Source: Bigelowiella natans CCMP2755 (lineage: Eukaryota > Protista > Cercozoa). Taken from it: a stretch of DNA of 64,000 bases. Below, piece by piece: positions 1 through 12,611 of this stretch. Below the pieces are notes generated by a model. It ran no database searches. It saw nothing but the letters and a program-made list of their open reading frames with translations, and was not told where the DNA came from. The position numbers were made by a program, and so were the translations under genes. Every line of letters begins with the position of its first letter. Within the stretch, counting starts at the first letter, position 1. The DNA is taken from contig ADNK01000513.1 in assembly GCA_000320545.1 (NCBI GenBank), forward strand, positions 1-64,000, written 5' to 3'.

Positions 1-1622
1 TTCCCGACCCCCCCCCCCCCACCACCACCACCACCAGCTGAACACAAGGCTGCGCTTTGGCGATTTTTGTGTGTGTATTTGCCGTGCATGCATATATCTA
101 TCCGCGTGTGCCATAGCAATAGCTGGCTACTACTGCTACCACCACCACCACCACCACTACTACTACTACTACATGGAACTTCTCATGTAAGTCGCCTTTA
201 TCGAAGTCCGCATCCTCCCCATCTTCGTCACTCTCTCTTTCCATTATCAGAGGGGGAGGATGTAAGATCATAATGGTAGTCATGGTGATGGTGATGATAG
301 CGAGTGAAGGAATCGTTACGATGCTCATGATATCATCGACGGGGTCCTACGATGATCCACATGCTCTGAACAAATATCCTGCTCGTTATTCTCTCTCCCC
401 TCCCTCCCTTACACCGCTTTGATTTTTTCCGAAAGGGGGGTTCTTCTTTCAACCGTTGATATAGTGGAACAGGCCAGACGTTCAGACGGCAATGCTCAAT
501 GCCCTCGCGTCTAAGAAGTCTCGTCTGCACAAAACAAGCAAAGTCATTGCGACAATCATACAGTAGCTGCAGCAATGGCAACACGATGTCGTGATGTCGG
601 TCGTTCAATTCTCACTTGCGCCAATAAATATATCCTTCACCGCAATTCCCTCCCCCCCCCGTTTCCCTTCTCCTCCTGTCGTCGTATAGTTGTTGTTGTT
701 ATTGTTTATAGTGGCGGTGTGTGGCAACTGTTTTCCTGCCTTGTAGTCGCTTGCCGTGAATACAACGACACGGTAGCCGAACGCGCGCGCCACCCGCACC
801 TGAATAGAATGAGGGGACACGCACACTCACACACAAAATGGTGTCCTCCTATTATTGAAAGTGGGGGAGGCCAGCAATGCACATTGTTCTTCTTCTTTTT
901 CTTCATCTTCTTCTTCATTGGGCTGCTAAGACTATCATGCAGATGGCAGTAGCTGCTAAGGCTTGTTATCGACCGCGACGTGTCCCAAGGTACCATAGCC
1001 AATCACGCCAATGAGGGGCACTCGAGTTTGAGCAGCGTGGTGAAAGTGAATGGAAGAAGGAGACGAAGAAGAAGGAGAAGGAGACGAAGCTCCCGCGTCG
1101 ATCCAGTCGTGCCGGAATCTGTACAGTGCGTGAAACACGCTAGCTGCAACAAGCAGCAGCAGCAGCAGCAACAACAATAACAACAACAACGACAATAGCA
1201 ATAACAATAGCAATGACGCGGGGGACGAGGAGATAAGTGACCCTCCCATGTGTTGCCTGGTATCTCATTATTCACTTGCTCCTACCTGCGGAAAATAGGA
1301 GTGGGGCGGCTTTGCAGAGCGGGATCTCCTTTGGGATTGATACCACGCGCTCCTAGGGTGTTATAATTATAATTATAATAATAATAATAATAATAGTATT
1401 AATTCCAAGGATGGATTGTGTGTATGTGTGTGTTTGTGTGTGTGTGTGTGTGAGTTTGTTTTGCCTTAGGCACTGTAACTCTGGCTGACATGCCGCCCCC
1501 CATGCACTCCGCCACCGCCAGATCCGATGTTGGATCCTATCAAGCATCCACCATCATCAGTATCGAAACGAATCAGTAGCACCACCACTACTATTACTAC
1601 CACCACCACCACCACCAGCAAG

Positions 1623-1668
<46 letters not shown>

Positions 1669-1790
1669 TTAGTAGTAGTATGTTACCGCTCCCAAGCTCT
1701 GATTGTTGTGAATAGGCACTACACCCACACGAGTCCCTTTAACAGATGTGGTGATAATAATAATAATAATATTAAAAGAGATTAGAGGCA

Positions 1791-1822
<32 letters not shown>

Positions 1823-2469
1823 GCAGCATACAGACACTTTCCATGCAAGTAGATGGTGTGGTGTCGATCGTGGCGTCATTCATCGTAGTACCGACTGTGA
1901 TGCCGCCAGTCACGTTGGAGCCTACACCCTCCACCAAACCGACGATCTCAAGCCCCGGGATCAAAGGGTATTCGAACTAAGGGGGGGAGGGGGGGGGGGG
2001 GGCGATGGGGGGAAAAAGAAGAATAAGAATAAGAACTAGATCTTTTTACATCCATATGTAAATAAATAATATAAACTTCTATGTACCAGGGATTATTTAT
2101 TTACCTTCTGTGGCCATTCTGCACGAAGGTGCTGCAGATCATATCTGAGATAGGGTGCGTGCATGATTCATTGATTCATCACTACATCCTATCTTTGATG
2201 GTAGTGGTGGTGGTGGTGGTGGTGGTGGTGGTGGTGGTGGTCCTTCTATCATCAACAGGTGTGTGCTTTTGTTATGCTCCGTCAAACCTCGTTAAACCGC
2301 AGTAAACTACTCGAATCGCGACCTTCAAAGAGGGGGGGAGGAAGGGGTGTGAGGGGGGGGAGGGGGCAAGTAACGAGCAAACAGATATGTGAAACAATTA
2401 GGATGATAGGCACATGTGGTGTTCGTACCCAGATACGAATGTAGCCACACGTACACATAATCACACACA

Positions 2470-2512
<43 letters not shown>

Positions 2513-2888
2513 ACACGCCCATACAGCAGGATACACAACTGCTGCTGCCGCTACTACTACTACTACTACTACCTCATTGGCGTTTGGGTGCCTCCGAACG
2601 ATAGCGACTTTGTCCAAGTACCCTCTGGTGTTGTTTGAGCAAAGAGCCACGGTACGATAATATAACCCTTGTGAAAGGAGGTGGCGATTGCTGAAACTAT
2701 TGTTACAGCGATCAGCCGTAACCCCCTCCTCAAAGTTCTCTTCATTCGCCGAATTTTCAGGACGGCGATTATTAGCATGATGGAGAGGATTTGGACTGCT
2801 TCTGTCGCGAGTCTTTCTTCCTCGGCGCTCCTCCTTACTTCGAGGGTCGCCAAGGACGGCCCCCTCTCTCACCTTTATCAACAGACAT
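1..2888 (-). CDS. Medium-chain dehydrogenase/reductase, cinnamyl-alcohol-dehydrogenase (CAD)-like, lacking Zn ligands; multi-exon, 3' end runs off the window
   Basis: Hand-spliced from ATG 2888: MSVDKGLYYRTVALCSNNTRGYLDKVAIVRRHPNANEVAIRVVYCGLTRYDLQHLRAEWPQKFEYPLIPGLEIVGLVEGVGSNVTGGITVGTRVGV...GGMSARVTVPKERVVSIPKEIPLCKAAPLLFSA...IGVIGYGTLGHVAVRVARAFGYRVVVF. Colinear with the CAD/ADH motifs YCGxCHSD, PGHEIVG, GDRVGV, AAPLLCAG and the Rossmann GxGxxG. Confidence 0.85.
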
Positions 2889-3562
2889 CTTGAATTATGC
2901 CTACCCGTCACCCAAAAGATGTATTTTCCCAATATTTTCGTATTCCGTCGCTCACTTGTTTTTGGTGTGTTGTTATAATCCCGGGGCTACAATACATGCG
3001 GCCACGCGAAAGCATACTCACAAAACCAGTACTACCCCGCTGTAGGTAGGGTCATGCTGGGACATGGTGAGATAGTCTTGTCTTTTCTGCAAAATACGAT
3101 GATTTCTCAAACTAGCATCTCGTTTCAAGGGTAATGCACAGATGGCAAGGACGCATAAGCGATCTTTTGGCTTCTCCTCATTAATATAATGTCGTCGAAA
3201 AACGTACTACTGAAAATCAAAAGTACAGCCAGGGACACGACAAACACCCGTATTGCTGGTTGCACTACTTGTGTGATATCAATACCAATTTGTCCAGCTC
3301 TTTGGTTTCGTTAAATTTGATACCACTCCATCCGTACAATACTTGGTCAGTATCCTAGGAATTCAGGGATGATGGGGGTATAACCGCCATAATTTACAAA
3401 CGTGAGCAAATGATAATATGTGTTTACTTCAATTGAATAACACAATTGTTCACGGGCACGGCTCGACCTCTGCAAAGCGCTCATCCCTTATCCGTCTCCA
3501 TAATGGCCGAAACGGTCTGAATTGTATTTCCATCAGTGAGGTGGTACAACGACTTTACTAAT

Positions 3563-4300
3563 TCAGACGACGCTAACGTTGCAAATCTTCATCCCCATCA
3601 CTTCATCTTCATCATCAGGAGCAATGCTGCTCATCACGTAAACTTTTGTCGGAGAGAACCTCTCTGGAGGATCACTGGAAAAGCTAAGTGAAGGCTTGAA
3701 GAAGTCAGAACTCTCATCAAGCGAGATGTCGCTTTGCTGATCACGTTCCTTCCAGATTGGATCATCTGCCATTGCTCCCCTCATCCAAGGCGGCGCTTCC
3801 CGGGACAATGTCTTCAGTGATGGCTGAACCCGATCGACATTAGGATGTCTGAGGATGACAAATTATTCAGATGGAGGAACATCTTGGTTGGCATGGTGAT
3901 ATGCTTGCTCTTGTTATCAGCTGTCCTATCTGCAATTACTACAGAAGAAGAGGTTGCAAAATTAACCTGAGGAGTCCACTTGCCAAGGCTGCCACCAGTA
4001 CAAAGCAGTAGCCCTTTAGACGTGCATAAAGATGGGGAGGGGGTAAGCGTCTCAGAGCCCTCGCCATTCCAACATGGAGCGCTAGATGCTCTCGAAACTC
4101 GTCTCCTTAACTTCCGACGCCCCCCCGACTGGGCAGCAAGGGTCAGCACGAGGATCGTTCATTAATCATCAAAATTACATCATTTTTATCAGATGTTTAT
4201 CGGTGTTTTTTTTGTTCCAACGAAAGGATTTATTGCATGTGAGACAGCCAATTGTTTCTCGGAAATCCGAGGAAGGATGAGACATTTTTTGTTGTGGAAA
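3563..4300 (-). CDS. Small hypothetical multi-exon gene; structure uncertain
   Basis: Coding-like last exon (...HPNVDRVQPSLKTLSREAPPWMRGAMADDPIWKERD...NVSVV*) after a CAG acceptor near 3850 and a plausible donor near 3966. The 5' exons could not be resolved and no family was recognised. Confidence 0.35.
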
Positions 4301-4364
4301 CATCTAGAATCATTGGTCGACTTCTCCCTTGTCGCACTTGTAGTCAAGTCATGCCATTTTGGCA

Positions 4365-5545
4365 ACCTAGCTAGTTGATCTGCTAGTCACAGTCCTCACA
4401 GAAATCAGTTCGAGGCACTGCATTTTGCACATTGCAAGTGTCTTGCTACACTTTGGAAATGTAGTTTTTCATCATTGTTTCATTGTTTCATTGTTTCATT
4501 CATTCGAGAACAAGTGTTTGCATTGCATCAGCCAGGCATGCAGCTCAAGAAAGTGAGCACAACTGATGAATGAGCCAACGAAACGAAGTGTTTCCAGTGT
4601 TGCAGCTTGGAGGATCATCAGCGCCGTGGGACGCATTCAGTGCCTTCGATTGTTGCTGCCTTCCAACAGCACTTTGTCTTGCAACGTTTTGGAAGTGCAG
4701 TTCATCATCATTGTTTCATTGTTTGGAACAGTGCAGTCGGTCATCAAAGTTTCTTTCTTTCTTTTCTTTTCTTCTCCAATGCAAGTGCTTGTCATTCGTT
4801 GTGACTGCACTTGCCTGAGCAGAACGCTAGAACGTCCAAACGTGGTGACTCGTGTGCATCAGTCTTGCAGTGTCAAGCTCGCGATCGTCACGCACGATCA
4901 CAGAGTGACCACTGCGATGTGAAATCACTTCTTGTGCGGTTTGACCGCAGTTCATCATGTGGCAGAATTGCTTGCTCATTTCCTCACTTGATCGCGCACA
5001 GTCTCTGCTGGTTCTGGCTAGCTGCTGCGTGTGGGCCTGCCTAGCTGCCTAGCTAGCTAGCCTGTCTCCCACTTCCAAACTTGTGTGCATGCTGACTAGC
5101 TAGCGCATGGCTCGCATTTCATTGAGCCCTGCTAGCCTGTTGCAATGCTGTGACGTGTTGAACGTCTGGACATCTGGTCGTGTGCGTGTGTGCGCATTCG
5201 TGTTCGCAACTCGCAACAAGTGACTGCTAGCTGTGCTAGTGTGGCACAGGTGACGCTCGTGTGCTCCTGGCATGGACTTCAGCGAGCGTCGTTGCAAGCT
5301 TGCACTGACGTCATCGACTCTCTGCATGCAGCTTGCAATGCGAATGCAGCGCGATGTGATGTCGTCGATAAACGCCTGTCTAAGTCGCCGCAGCAGGGCG
5401 TATGCGCTCTCTTTCCCGCTGGAAATGGTAGATCGAGCTGTGGCACTGCATTGTGTGACGTGTAAATGCTCACTGTTGCCTGTTCGCACGCACGACGCAC
5501 GTTAGCTAGTTAGGGAGACAAGTTGATATCGCTCGTCTAGATCGT
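4365..5545. repeat. CTAG/TGCA/CATG-rich degenerate intergenic tract
   Basis: Runs such as ctagctgcctagctagctagcc (~5041-5062) and dense TGCA/CATG. Contains (CATTGTTT)3 and a diverged internal duplication (~4438-4495 vs ~4675-4725). Lies just 3' of the ARM-MATH gene. Confidence 0.6.
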
Positions 5546-5617
5546 TACATTCTTTCAATCAATAATACCATTTCCATCGCAAATCTAGGAGCCGCCCAGC
5601 AATAATATTGAAAATAG

Positions 5618-6303
5618 TTAAACAGGTTGATTGGACACCATAACTCTGGCTAGGGACTTCGACAACTTTGCTAGCCTGTCGCGGAGATTTTTAAGCATCT
5701 TGGTTTTGGCACGGTGGCTGGCCATCATTTTCGGCAAATCGAGTGGCTCCGGCCTATTCCTACCCTTATTTGCTTTTCCTTTCCGCCGGTTCTTGCCCTA
5801 GTAAGATATAAAGGTTAGTCAACGGTAACGGCGAATAACGACGATGACGATAAATTGCAACGACGATGACGATAAATTGCAACGACCATGTTAACGGAAA
5901 AATCGACCTCCTTCTTAGTTGCCTGTCCATCAGGCCCAAGCGCCACACTTTCAAAGTCAATTTTCTCCAGATCGATGCCTTTGAAAACATCGTCGTTGCA
6001 CATGTGGCAGTCGTTGCCATTGCTATTACTTGGATGCTTGTTGCGGTGGTGTATATTATTCTGATGGTGATGAGCCCTGTTATTCGCCTCACGGTCCTTT
6101 GACTTACGGTTTCGCCGTCTCGCCTGACGAAAATATAGTGATGATGATAATGATGATGATGGTGATAGTGTGAATGTATCTTCGGTGATGTCTAATGATA
6201 ATGGTGAGTCATCATCACATAGATATGAAACAGAAAATGAATTCCCTATTCTTCGAGCAGCGGCTGCCAGCCAGTTTACTGTATTATTATTTTTCAAAAA
6301 CTG

Positions 6304-6336
<33 letters not shown>

Positions 6337-9300
6337 ACTTCTACTACTTCGAATATCTGTACAGCTACGATTACCTTTTGGGAGACTGGCTGATTGTTGC
6401 TGGCTACCGCCTTGGAGTTGTTTCTATCCCCCTCCAATTCGTTGCTGTCCTTTCCGTGGTTCCTTCCTATGTAGTTGTTTTCTCCGCCATTCGCGCCCTC
6501 CTTCCTGGCCTGCTTATCGTTCTCAGCAGTCTTACCACCTGTGTTGGCCCCTTCCTTCTCGGCGGCCGCTTTTTGTTTCTTAAACAGCTGCTGGCGGGCT
6601 TTTAAGCACTGAGCATCTAGCCATAGGTTCAGGCGCTCCCGTGTGGGGTACTTCGACGCCAACTTGCCCACCTTGCTCTCCCACTGCTGCATCTTTTGCT
6701 TCCGCCATTCCATGATGATCTTCTCGTTGGTTGGAGTGAGCTGGAAAGTCTTCATGTCGACGTTCTCCGAGTCGTGTAGGGGCTGCACCTCGCCGTGATC
6801 TATGTGGAACCAGTACTGGTACGGCTTGCTGCCGCTCTCTCCTGCTTCATAGCTCACACGTACCTGTTGGTGCCTCACCTTATCGACGACGCCTTTCACC
6901 CATCTGCGTGGCGTGGGCTTCAGGACGTAGACGCGGACAGTGTCACCAAATTTATATTCGCTCGAAGACGACGATCTTGTCTTGGGAGCAGTGGTGGTGG
7001 TGGTGCTTTCAGCAGGGTCTATGGCTGTTTTCGTGTCCGCCGCGATGGTACTTTTTAATGCGGCCTTCTGCTTCTGGTCGGCACTTTTTCTGCTATTATC
7101 ATTACCCTTGACATCGTTACTTTTGCTCTCTTTTGATGCCGCTACTACTTTCGACGACTTATGAAGTTTTTCATGTGTATAGTGCCTATGGTGGGGATGC
7201 TCTGCTGTAGCGGGGCAACGGGCGCCACCATTCGTCTCTCCGACGTTGTTTTGCGGTCTGGGGCCGGAGCAAGTCTGGAAGTTACCGAAGCAGTGACGGC
7301 CAACGCCATCCTTGTTTGTGTTTATCCATTGGTCCCACTTGTTGCCCCACTGATTGTAGTGAACGTGCACCATCTGCGTGTATGGCCTCACGCTGATGAT
7401 GGAAGCCTCTAACCACATGCCAAATTCGTCGCGGCAGTCGACCTTGAGACCCGGCCGCAATCTGATATTGCTCTTGGGCCTATCGGCGGCTGGAACTACG
7501 ATGACGTTCTCGTCTCCGGCGACATCGCCGCCAACGCCATTTTGAAGATGATGATGGATGTGCGAGTTTGCGCCAACGCCCTGCTCATCTTCTGGGTATT
7601 TGCCTCCCCCCGCCAGCGGTAGCGTGGGTGTTGTGGGGGTATTCGTGATTCTGAGGCGTTGCTGCTGCTGCTGCTGCTGTTGTATGTTGCTGTGATTTTG
7701 CTTTCGGTTATTGTTCTGCTTGCGGGAGCGTGGTAGGGAGGACAGTGCACCCACACTCGAGCCTTGACTAACTGATAAGGTAATCTCGGCCCTGATGGAT
7801 ATCTTGCCCTCTACGATGAAGCCTTTCCCCACCTGCAGCAGCTCCTTGAGCGGTATCATCTGCGCGAAGCCACGGTCGCTGGCGAGTTCAGTGAAGGTGT
7901 GCTGCCCCCCCTTGGAGACAGACTTCGACGGGTCTACTTGGTTCACAATCGTGAGTTTGAACCGGCCTGGAACCCCCTCCGCGGCCGTCGACGAAGATGA
8001 CCCAGACGCCGCGCCAGTGTTGTTATTGTTGTTTGCCGTAGTGGTGGTGGGCGTAGCGGTGGTGGTGGTGGTGGTGGTGGCGGGCGTAGTAGTAGTGGTA
8101 CCAGTAGGAGCTACAGCAAGTTCCCCGGCTCCACCTCCACCATTACCAGCGGCCCCTCCACTTCCTAGATCTGCTGGATTTGTTGCAGCAGCGCCACCAG
8201 TAGCAGTAGCTGCTGTTGTCGCTCCTCCCCCAGATGTTGACGCTGAGCCATCGGCCGCTGCTTTTCGTCCGGCCGGGGCTGATTTCTCGATATCGAGGAC
8301 TGCGACGTACACGGAAAGGTGCGTCTTGTGTGCCTCAGGGCGATTCGGATTTCCCCACGGATAGAGCAGCACGTGGCACTTGAGCTCCCCGCAGTCAAAG
8401 TGATTCGAGGTCAGCTTTGTTTGCTTGATGTTAGAGGGATGCATAACGTCGACGGTCCAGTGAATTTGCCCATGCTGCTGGTGAAGTTGCTTCTCGCGCT
8501 CACACCGCCTTACCTGATTGTAGTGCGCGAGGAGCTTCCCCTGCAACTGCGACTGGATCGCGTGTGACATCACGCCAACCATCTTTTCCTTCCGAAGGCG
8601 GGCTTGCTCCTCGGTTTCTGCCTTCCCCTCCTTATCAGAGGCGGGGTTCGCCGCAGTCATCTTAAGTGATGTTGCGAGGAGGAGGCTCTTTGTGTTCAGT
8701 AGGTCTACTGTTTGAGCCTGTTTGGCATCGGTAGTAGTAGACTTTGTAGGAGTAGTAGCAGTACTGGTATTCGTAGTAGTAGTAGTAGTAGTAGTAGTTG
8801 TTGTTGTTGTAGCAGCAGTAGTAGCAGCAGAAGGAGAGGCCTTGGAGGCATTATCAGCATTGTCAGCTCCGGGCACTTCTACTTTCTTCCCATCTATCGT
8901 CTTTACCTCCGCTCCTTTCTCGTCCTCCTTTTGTTCCTTTTGTTGCTCCTGCTGGCTGCTGTTGTTCTTATCACCACTGGCAGCGTCACCGATGCGGTTG
9001 TTTCCGGAGAAGTTGCCGGTGAGATGCGTGAGTATTCCCTCAAGCTGCGTCGTCGAGAGGCGTGTGAGCCACAACTTGCTGCCGCCAGCTAATGGTCCCT
9101 CAAGCAGCTCCAAGGCCGCATGATTGACCGATTTTATCTTCTGGAGCGTTTCCAACGCGCTCGGATACACACCGTCCGACACCTCAAAGTGTGCTAGCAC
9201 CTTGGCGGCGCTTACGAAGCTTGAAACCAAGTCCAAGGCCTCATCTTCTGGTAGCATACCTAACCGCAACAGTAGTAGTAGTAGTAGTAAGAGGAGGAGG

Positions 9301-9921
9301 AGGAGGAGGAGAAATGTTAAGATGCAAATCACACAATAATTCATCGTTATATGCTGTTGCTGTGTTACTCTGCAGCTTGATCTCCGAGCCGTTGGTTTCA
9401 CAATTGGTCGAGGCCGTCGATGCAGATCTTCGCGAATCCCCTCCTTGTGCAGGCGTCGATGTACACATGGCAGCTGCGGCCGCCGCCTCACACCTTCCTC
9501 CTCCTCCTCCTCGGGCCCGACAGCTGCCGGAGTTGTTGCCACCCCTGGTCTTATCGGTGCCGTTGGATTTCTTATGTCCACAAACACTAGCATTTCTAGT
9601 GACGGGGGAGATCTCCGCTGTTTGGTTCTTGGAGGACTCTTTAACCTCAAACATGTCGATTGTGGCGGCCGTGCTACCCTCTTTCCCATCGGCAGATGGC
9701 TTTTCTTGGTGCTGCGGATGAAAGTGGTGTTTGTGGAGAACGGCGTGCGATTCTAGGGACTGAAATCGCGCGATCTGCTCGGGCTTCGGCAGCAGCATAT
9801 CGCACACCGAGCGCAATGCAGCAACCGTCTCCTCAACCATCTTAGTATCCTGTTCACCAGTCGGTGTGTTGTCGTAAAAGCAAATCAGATAATTGAATGG
9901 GGAAACTTCGCAAGCACTGGC

Positions 9922-9986
<65 letters not shown>

Positions 9987-11757
9987 GCTGCGTATGCGTG
10001 TTGTTTGTGTGTTTTAAAATTAGTATCTTCCCGTCATTAACAGCTACCTTTTGCTGTTTGAGAACCCAGCGAGAGAGTCCATGAACGGCACCGAGCTCGA
10101 CTATCTCCTCCAAATGCCTTCGGAAACGAAGTAGATTATTTGCATGTTTTTTAATTAAAACAGGAGAAGAGGAAGGTCCATTATTTGAAGTATCCTCACA
10201 TTTGCTATTGTAAGCCGAATGGTCAACGGGAATGATGGCTAAACTACCTGGCTGGCCATCATCATCATCATCATCATCATCATCACCACCATCATCATTA
10301 TCATCCTTCATCATCCATCCTCGTTACCTTCGCGCCCCAGAGCCGCACACGTTGATTACGAACCATGCAGCTTCTGTCTTCAGCTCTGTCGAGGTGTGGG
10401 GATTCAGAAGCAGGGACACCATCGCCTCGAACAACCCCACTGCCTTGAGGGCTTCTATCGCCTGTTCTCCTTCGCATGCGATGTTCGAGAGTACCAGAGC
10501 GGCACACGTGGACAACTCCTTCAAGCAAAGCAATAAGAGCCGTTTCAGACGAACTACGAATGAAGTGATGCTTGTACGACTACCCCCCCCCCCCCCCCCA
10601 CACACATTCACCAGACACTCACGGGGACACACCTGATTTGGATTGTGCATAAGCTCCTTCAAAGGTTTTATAGGAGAGGGACGGCATTTTGAAACGTCCA
10701 GAACGGAGTTATAGACCTTTTGGAAAAGAGATCAGATAAGAGATTGCCGCCGCTAAAATCGTTGACTAGAGCGAATGAATATCTTTCGGGGATTATCTTA
10801 GAAGGGGGGAGGCTTACCACATCCTGTATGCAATCGACGGCGAGCTTCTTGATTTTGTAGCAGCTGTGGGAGAATTGGAGCGTGAGAAGGGGAATGATCT
10901 CCATGTCAAGGAGTTGTGGTATTCCGCAATGCTTGCACACATGAAGCTTTGCAAGAGACAATATCCCGCGAAGCGCGTCCTCCACAACATCGACCTAGAT
11001 TAAGACCAAAGCAATGAAATAAATTTTAGCTGCTGCTTTCGGAGGGATTCTTCTTAACGTGCTATCGAGTTTGGTTCACCTGATCTTTTCCGCTCAAGGA
11101 AACCTTGAGAACACGGATTAGTTCCTGCCTGTCACCCTTATGTTTGAGGACCTTCTTCACCATCTCTTTTGTACAGTTATCGTCCTTATCAGTTATGTTG
11201 ACCTGGAAGTTATTGTGTTAATGAGATGAGAGTCCTTCTTTTCAGGTCAAACATTTGATGGTCATTTCTACCAGGTTAGTAATGAGTCTCATGGCGTCTG
11301 CCCAGAGCATCCAGCCTTTTTTGGTTGTGGGTTCTCCCAGCTGTTTGAGTCTCCAGAGGATTTGCTTTAGGGCGTTGTTCGACAGGAGTTTATCTTGGAA
11401 GTCGACTGCAAGATTTGAAAGGGCAAAGATAGCATTTCGAGCAATCTCACCGTCCTCATCGCACACGAGGTCGACGAGTTTCGAGACACACCCGGCCTTC
11501 ATGACGGAGGTACTGCATTTGTATGTAATGCTTGCAATTGCATGAACAGCACTCGCCGCAAGTTTTCTATCGCTGCTAAGAAGATGCTTGGCCACGAGAG
11601 GGATGAGGCCGGCATTTGCCACCTCCTTGACTGGGGCTTTGGGAGATGACAACATATTTTCTAGTTCTCCCATATGCTTGCGCAGTAAGCGCGGGGCTTT
11701 GGCCTTCAGCATGCGCGCCATTACACGCACACGCTGAGTAAGCTCTTTGCGATTCAT
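5618..11757 (-). CDS. Armadillo-repeat + MATH + two Tudor/chromo-barrel-like domain protein (about 10 exons)
   Basis: ORFs 11242-11757, 10668-10985, 10324-10662, 9241-10314, 6333-9689 and 5815-6297 join in frame through GT-AG introns, with stop TAA at 5618-5620. ARM repeats (AGCVSKLVDLV..IARNAIFALSNLA; LKTEAAWFVINVC). MATH (HWTV..HVLLYPWGN..HLSVYV..FKLTIVNQ..HTF..DRGFAQMIPL). Tudor-like (GLKVDCRDEFGMWLEASI..VHVHYNQWGNKWDQWI; GDTVRVY..RWVKGVV..VRVSY). Confidence 0.75.
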
Positions 11758-12611
11758 CTCCGCGAGTGTAGATAATCCGTATGGTCACAGAATCCTTGGA
11801 AGTCGTCTGCAATGAGAATTTATATCAAAAGAGTTGGAACTCTCTTGATAGTCACCTGAGTGGAGAAACGAACAAGACAACAATCATGTCGAGTAATAAT
11901 TGAGTTTCGGTCGTGGATTCCCCCCCTTCCCCTCCCTCCCTCCCTCCCTCCGTCTCTCCTTCTCTCCTTCCCAACCACACCAAAAAGAATGACGGTCTGT
12001 GAGTAAGTCTTACCCTGCTCAAGTGTTGGGCGGAAATATTGATTGATCCTCTAAAAATACACAGAGACATAGAATATATCTCGACGTATGAACTAAAACA
12101 TTGCCCAGGGCGGTGTTGCTGGCGAAGTAATCTCGAGTAATTGCTGAAGCGCACGATTCAGGCCTAAATCCGGGAATTAGAAGGCCGCAAGAATATTTTT
12201 ATGTCGTTTATGACGAACGGATCCGCTTTGGGTTATCGAAGAGTGGTGCGCATTCCTTTTTTCAGATTGAGACAAGTTGAACCCCAAGACGTATGATGAG
12301 AATCTAGCAGTGTTTGATGTTTAAAAATGAACTCACCCCAAATTCATTGTCGTTCTATAAAAATAGATCTCCTTTCTTCAACTTTCAGCCGGCTCGCCAC
12401 AGAAGGAAGCGCAGGGCACCCCAATGCCTTACACAGGATGGGCTCTCTAGGCGAATTGCATCTCAACCTTTGAATTTGTGCAGGCTTTCCTGCTGAATGA
12501 GGATTTGATGCATCTGGATCATTCTAGGTGTCTTGACCTGCTTCCTCTTTCTGGGTCTAACCTTCTCGGTTCGTAAGCTTCTTCCGACGCCCATCGCGAA
12601 AGGCGCAGAAA

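Noticed and set aside
4566-5505. ORFs inside the CTAG/TGCA tracts (also 35053-35573)
   Set aside because: C/A/H/M-biased translations reflect the nucleotide bias; no splice chain or transposase motifs are visible.
5837-5886. 22-nt tandem duplication (also a 13-nt one at ~45057)
   Set aside because: Only two adjacent copies with no spacers; ordinary intronic slippage, not CRISPR-like.
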